Of a stretch of DNA of 64,000 nt, positions 61,136 through 64,000 are shown piece by piece. The stretch comes from Hormiphora californensis (lineage: Eukaryota > Animalia > Ctenophora). Location: NCBI GenBank assembly GCA_020137815.1, contig CM035350.1, forward strand, positions 1,922,001-1,986,000, written 5' to 3'. Made by a program: the position numbers and the translations under genes. Numbering within the stretch: the first letter of the stretch is position 1; each line of letters begins with the position of its first letter. Under the pieces are notes generated by a model, which worked only from the letters and a program-made list of their open reading frames with translations, was not told the origin of the DNA and ran no database searches.

Positions 61136-62491
61136 ATGCCCACGGGGAAGAGGCCAGGAAAAAAGAAGGGAGGTGGGAAGAAGAAGAAGAAACTCGTTCT
61201 CTCCACCATGGCTGCAGATTTCCCTCTGACCAGCGAGGAGAAGGCCACCATCAAATCTACCTACGATATCTTCGCAACTACATCAGGTCAGAGAGGGGTA
61301 GTGCTGTCGTCCCAATTACTCCCTTGTTATTGACTTTTACTTGAAAACCACCAGTCACCACGAGAAAAATAAACTGTTTTTATATATTTATTATTTACCA
61401 GCCCCCGTCCCACGGTTGGAGCGACGCACTCATGTCTCACAGTTCACACCCCTAAACTGACCTCACTCTAAGGTCGGTTGGACGGTGAAAAGATAGCGAC
61501 GGTACTCCGGCTGATAGGGGGAGCACCAACAGAAGAAGAACTGGCTGGTATCTCCCTCCATTTCCCCCATGATTCTTACCTTTCTTTCGATGATTTCGTG
61601 GAACTAGTTGAAAACCACCGCAAGAGTCACGGCTTTATGGCGGAAGAACTACGGTAGGATCTTGTTACTCAACAAATCTATGATCCTCTTGATATCTCCT
61701 GGGTGGGAGAGTGGGTTACAAAATGATAGCTATGTTAAGATGTTACTATGATGAAACTGACAGCCTGCATGTTTCCTACAGGGAGGCATTTGCAGTGTTT
61801 GATATTGATGGTGATGGGGAGATTGATGCAACAGAGCTAGTTGACATCCTAACACAGGTACACAATATAGAACCTGTCAGAGAATTGGACTGATAGAACT
61901 TGGTATATTTCTTGGGTGCACGTCTAGATGGGTGCACACAGGTTACCTAAAGTACACTAATATTATTCCCTTCTTTCACTCTCTCTATAATTCAGTTGGT
62001 GTCCAAAAGCAGTTATCAGTGAAAATCAAATTGTGTATACAGAAATCATCGTACCCCCTACCTACTCATTAGCTAAAAGCACCTATTAAATACGGGTGTC
62101 GGGTGCCTTCTAGAATGAAATTATACATTAGTCTTTCCCAATCTTGTATCTATACATAGGAACCTTCCTCGCCTAGCTACGTCACTAGTACTACTTTCAC
62201 TAGAAGTGGACTCTCCCAGCCCTACCCTCCTCCCAAACATTAGTATCTACAATATACCTGTCTGGCGGTGCTGACCCGATCTGAGCGCATCACAACGGGA
62301 TCTGGCACCGCCAGACAGGTGTCTACCAACTTCCCCCTACTGATTGTAACTCAACAACCTACTGATATATATTTCAGGTAGGCGATCCATTGAGCCAGAG
62401 TGAAGCTGAGCAGTTAGTGAGAGAAAGTGATTTGGACGGGGATGGCAAGATCAATTATGTAGAGTTTGTAGCAATGACCGTGAGACCATGA
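61136..62491 (+). CDS. Calmodulin-like EF-hand protein with a basic N-terminal extension
   Basis: Exons 61136-61286, 61473-61653, 61782-61857, 62378-62491 join in frame: LTSEEKATIKSTYDIF...IATVLRLIGGAPTEEEL...LSFDDFVEL...EELREAFAVFDIDGDGEIDATEL...GDPLSQSEAEQLVRESDLDGDGKINYVEFV. Confidence 0.93.
62256..62320. mobile_element. Short hairpin MITE of the ctgtctggcgg...ccgccagacag family
   Basis: acctgtctggcggtgc ... gcaccgccagacaggt; similar elements at ~9617-9670, 12187-12259, 12991-13132 and ~49168-49243. Confidence 0.75.
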
Positions 62492-62741
62492 ACTGTCGTG
62501 AATAAAAACGGGGTCTGGCTCTACCTGTCAGAGCGTTGGCCTGACCTGGAGCTCCCAAGAACTGTGGTCAGAGCAATGGCCAGACAGCGCCAGACAGATG
62601 TACGAACAATAGTCAGCTACCAGTATACCAGCTGATACCTTTTCGGTAAGGTAGATATATCAATATTGACACTCAGCCTATATCCCGCCTATATTGAGGA
62701 AGCTGCGAGACATTTGGTTTAAACTTTGCATTGAGGAGGCT

Positions 62742-62980
<239 letters not shown>

Positions 62981-63394
62981 ATCCCTTTTCCAGACTGATT
63001 GAATTTTTACGTATTCCTTGCTAATTAACATTGACAAGATCTCAATCTATAACATGTGTTTTATCTCAATGTCTATACCACGGTTTGAAAGACAAACCAT
63101 CTTCATGTCCTGCTGGCAGCTGATAGCAGGCCCCTCTCTCTTCAAGCTAATTAGTCCGCACTGGAATCCGGTTTCAGCTGCTGCCCCCGTTTCCGCTCAG
63201 AGATAGCGAGCAATGTATCTCACGTGACAAGCTCTCTGGTTAGAACTGACCAATCAGATGGTTTGATTGAGGTCACGTGACAGTTTACCCTCTCCGAGAT
63301 ATAGTGCAGGCACGTGACAAGACAGTGATTTCCCCCCGCACACACTCTGCTGCAGTTTTTGATTTGCATTTCCTGCCCCTTCCAATTATACATC

Positions 63395-63849
63395 ATGGAA
63401 CTACTACTTCGGCCTGGTGATGAGTTTTTGTCAATTTTCAACGGTGCAGTACCCCCACCCAACACATCAGCAGTGGACTCACCCCAGGTATTACTAATCC
63501 CATCTTCCTGTTTCCGCACAATGCCCCCTCTAATTTATCTCTGCAATACTGCTCCCTTTGATTAACTTCCGTCCAATCTGTAGTTGTGTACTGATCCCAT
63601 TTTCCAAATTTCTAATGCCGTGTCATGTCCTGCAGTCAGCTAACTCAGCGCCTGGTGGTGGAGGCCCGGAGTACTTTCTCTTCCCCTCCGATCCGGTCCA
63701 CCATGCTGCCTACTTCTCCTCCTTCCCTCCCTACCCTACCACACCGTGCACTCCGCTCAGCGCTCATGCTGATGTTCCTGAGTCCCCTTTTGATGCCTTC
63801 CACCATTACAGTTACTACACGTCCATCAAAGAGGAACCTGCTACCCCAG
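63395..63849 (+). CDS. First two exons of an unknown gene continuing beyond the window (Pro/Ser/Tyr-rich, possibly a transcription-factor N-terminus)
   Basis: ATG 63395-63487|gt and ag|63636-63849|gt join in frame: MELLLRPGDEFLSIF...SPQ / SANSAPGGGGPEYFLF...SIKEEPATPG (IKEE fits a SUMO consensus). Confidence 0.6.
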
Positions 63850-64000
63850 GTATGAGGGAGAAGGGGCTTCTGTGACTATAACTCTAGGTAAGAGAGAGAT
63901 ATGTAAATAATTGGGGTTCAGGGACTCATAAATTGGGGTTATAGGTATACCTACTCCAGGTGGGATAGAGAAGGAAATAGGGATACTAAAGTTTTCATTT

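Noticed and set aside
61136-62491. EF-hand genes as ctenophore photoproteins
   Set aside because: Spacing and motifs match calmodulin (or a simple two-EF pair at 20490-20886), not the photoprotein layout.

Overview
Intron-rich, (GA)n-rich animal genomic DNA, most likely a pleurobrachiid ctenophore. That assignment is an inference from my recollection of the Pleurobrachia interspersed repeat caggaaccgaccgaaacaagtaaacaaccaatcag... at 54422; I ran no search. Spliced genes reconstructed by eye from GT-AG boundaries and domain motifs: an adhesion GPCR (Sushi/SEA-like/HormR/GAIN/7TM, +), a degraded PH-like gene (-), a Cys/His-cluster plus two-EF-hand protein (-), an endophilin-B-like BAR-SH3 gene (+), a SKI/SNO/DAC-domain SKIDA1-like gene (-), probable fragments of an ANF-receptor-type (Venus flytrap) ectodomain gene in a poorly assembled stretch (-), a CYP46-like cytochrome P450 (+), a calmodulin-like gene (+), and the first exons of an unknown gene at the right edge. 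Introns and spacers hold many non-autonomous DNA transposons. The most notable are two long foldback palindromes with a shared core but different termini, each filling the last intron of a gene; a 1.5-kb MULE-like element with a 9-bp TSD that carries a decayed non-LTR endonuclease fragment and an exon-like ORF; and 50-70 bp micro-MITEs with 9-bp or 6-bp TSDs. About 1-1400, 40500-43600 and 45100-48450 are low-quality, homopolymer-inflated consensus, and most ORFs in the supplied track are microsatellite or antisense noise.
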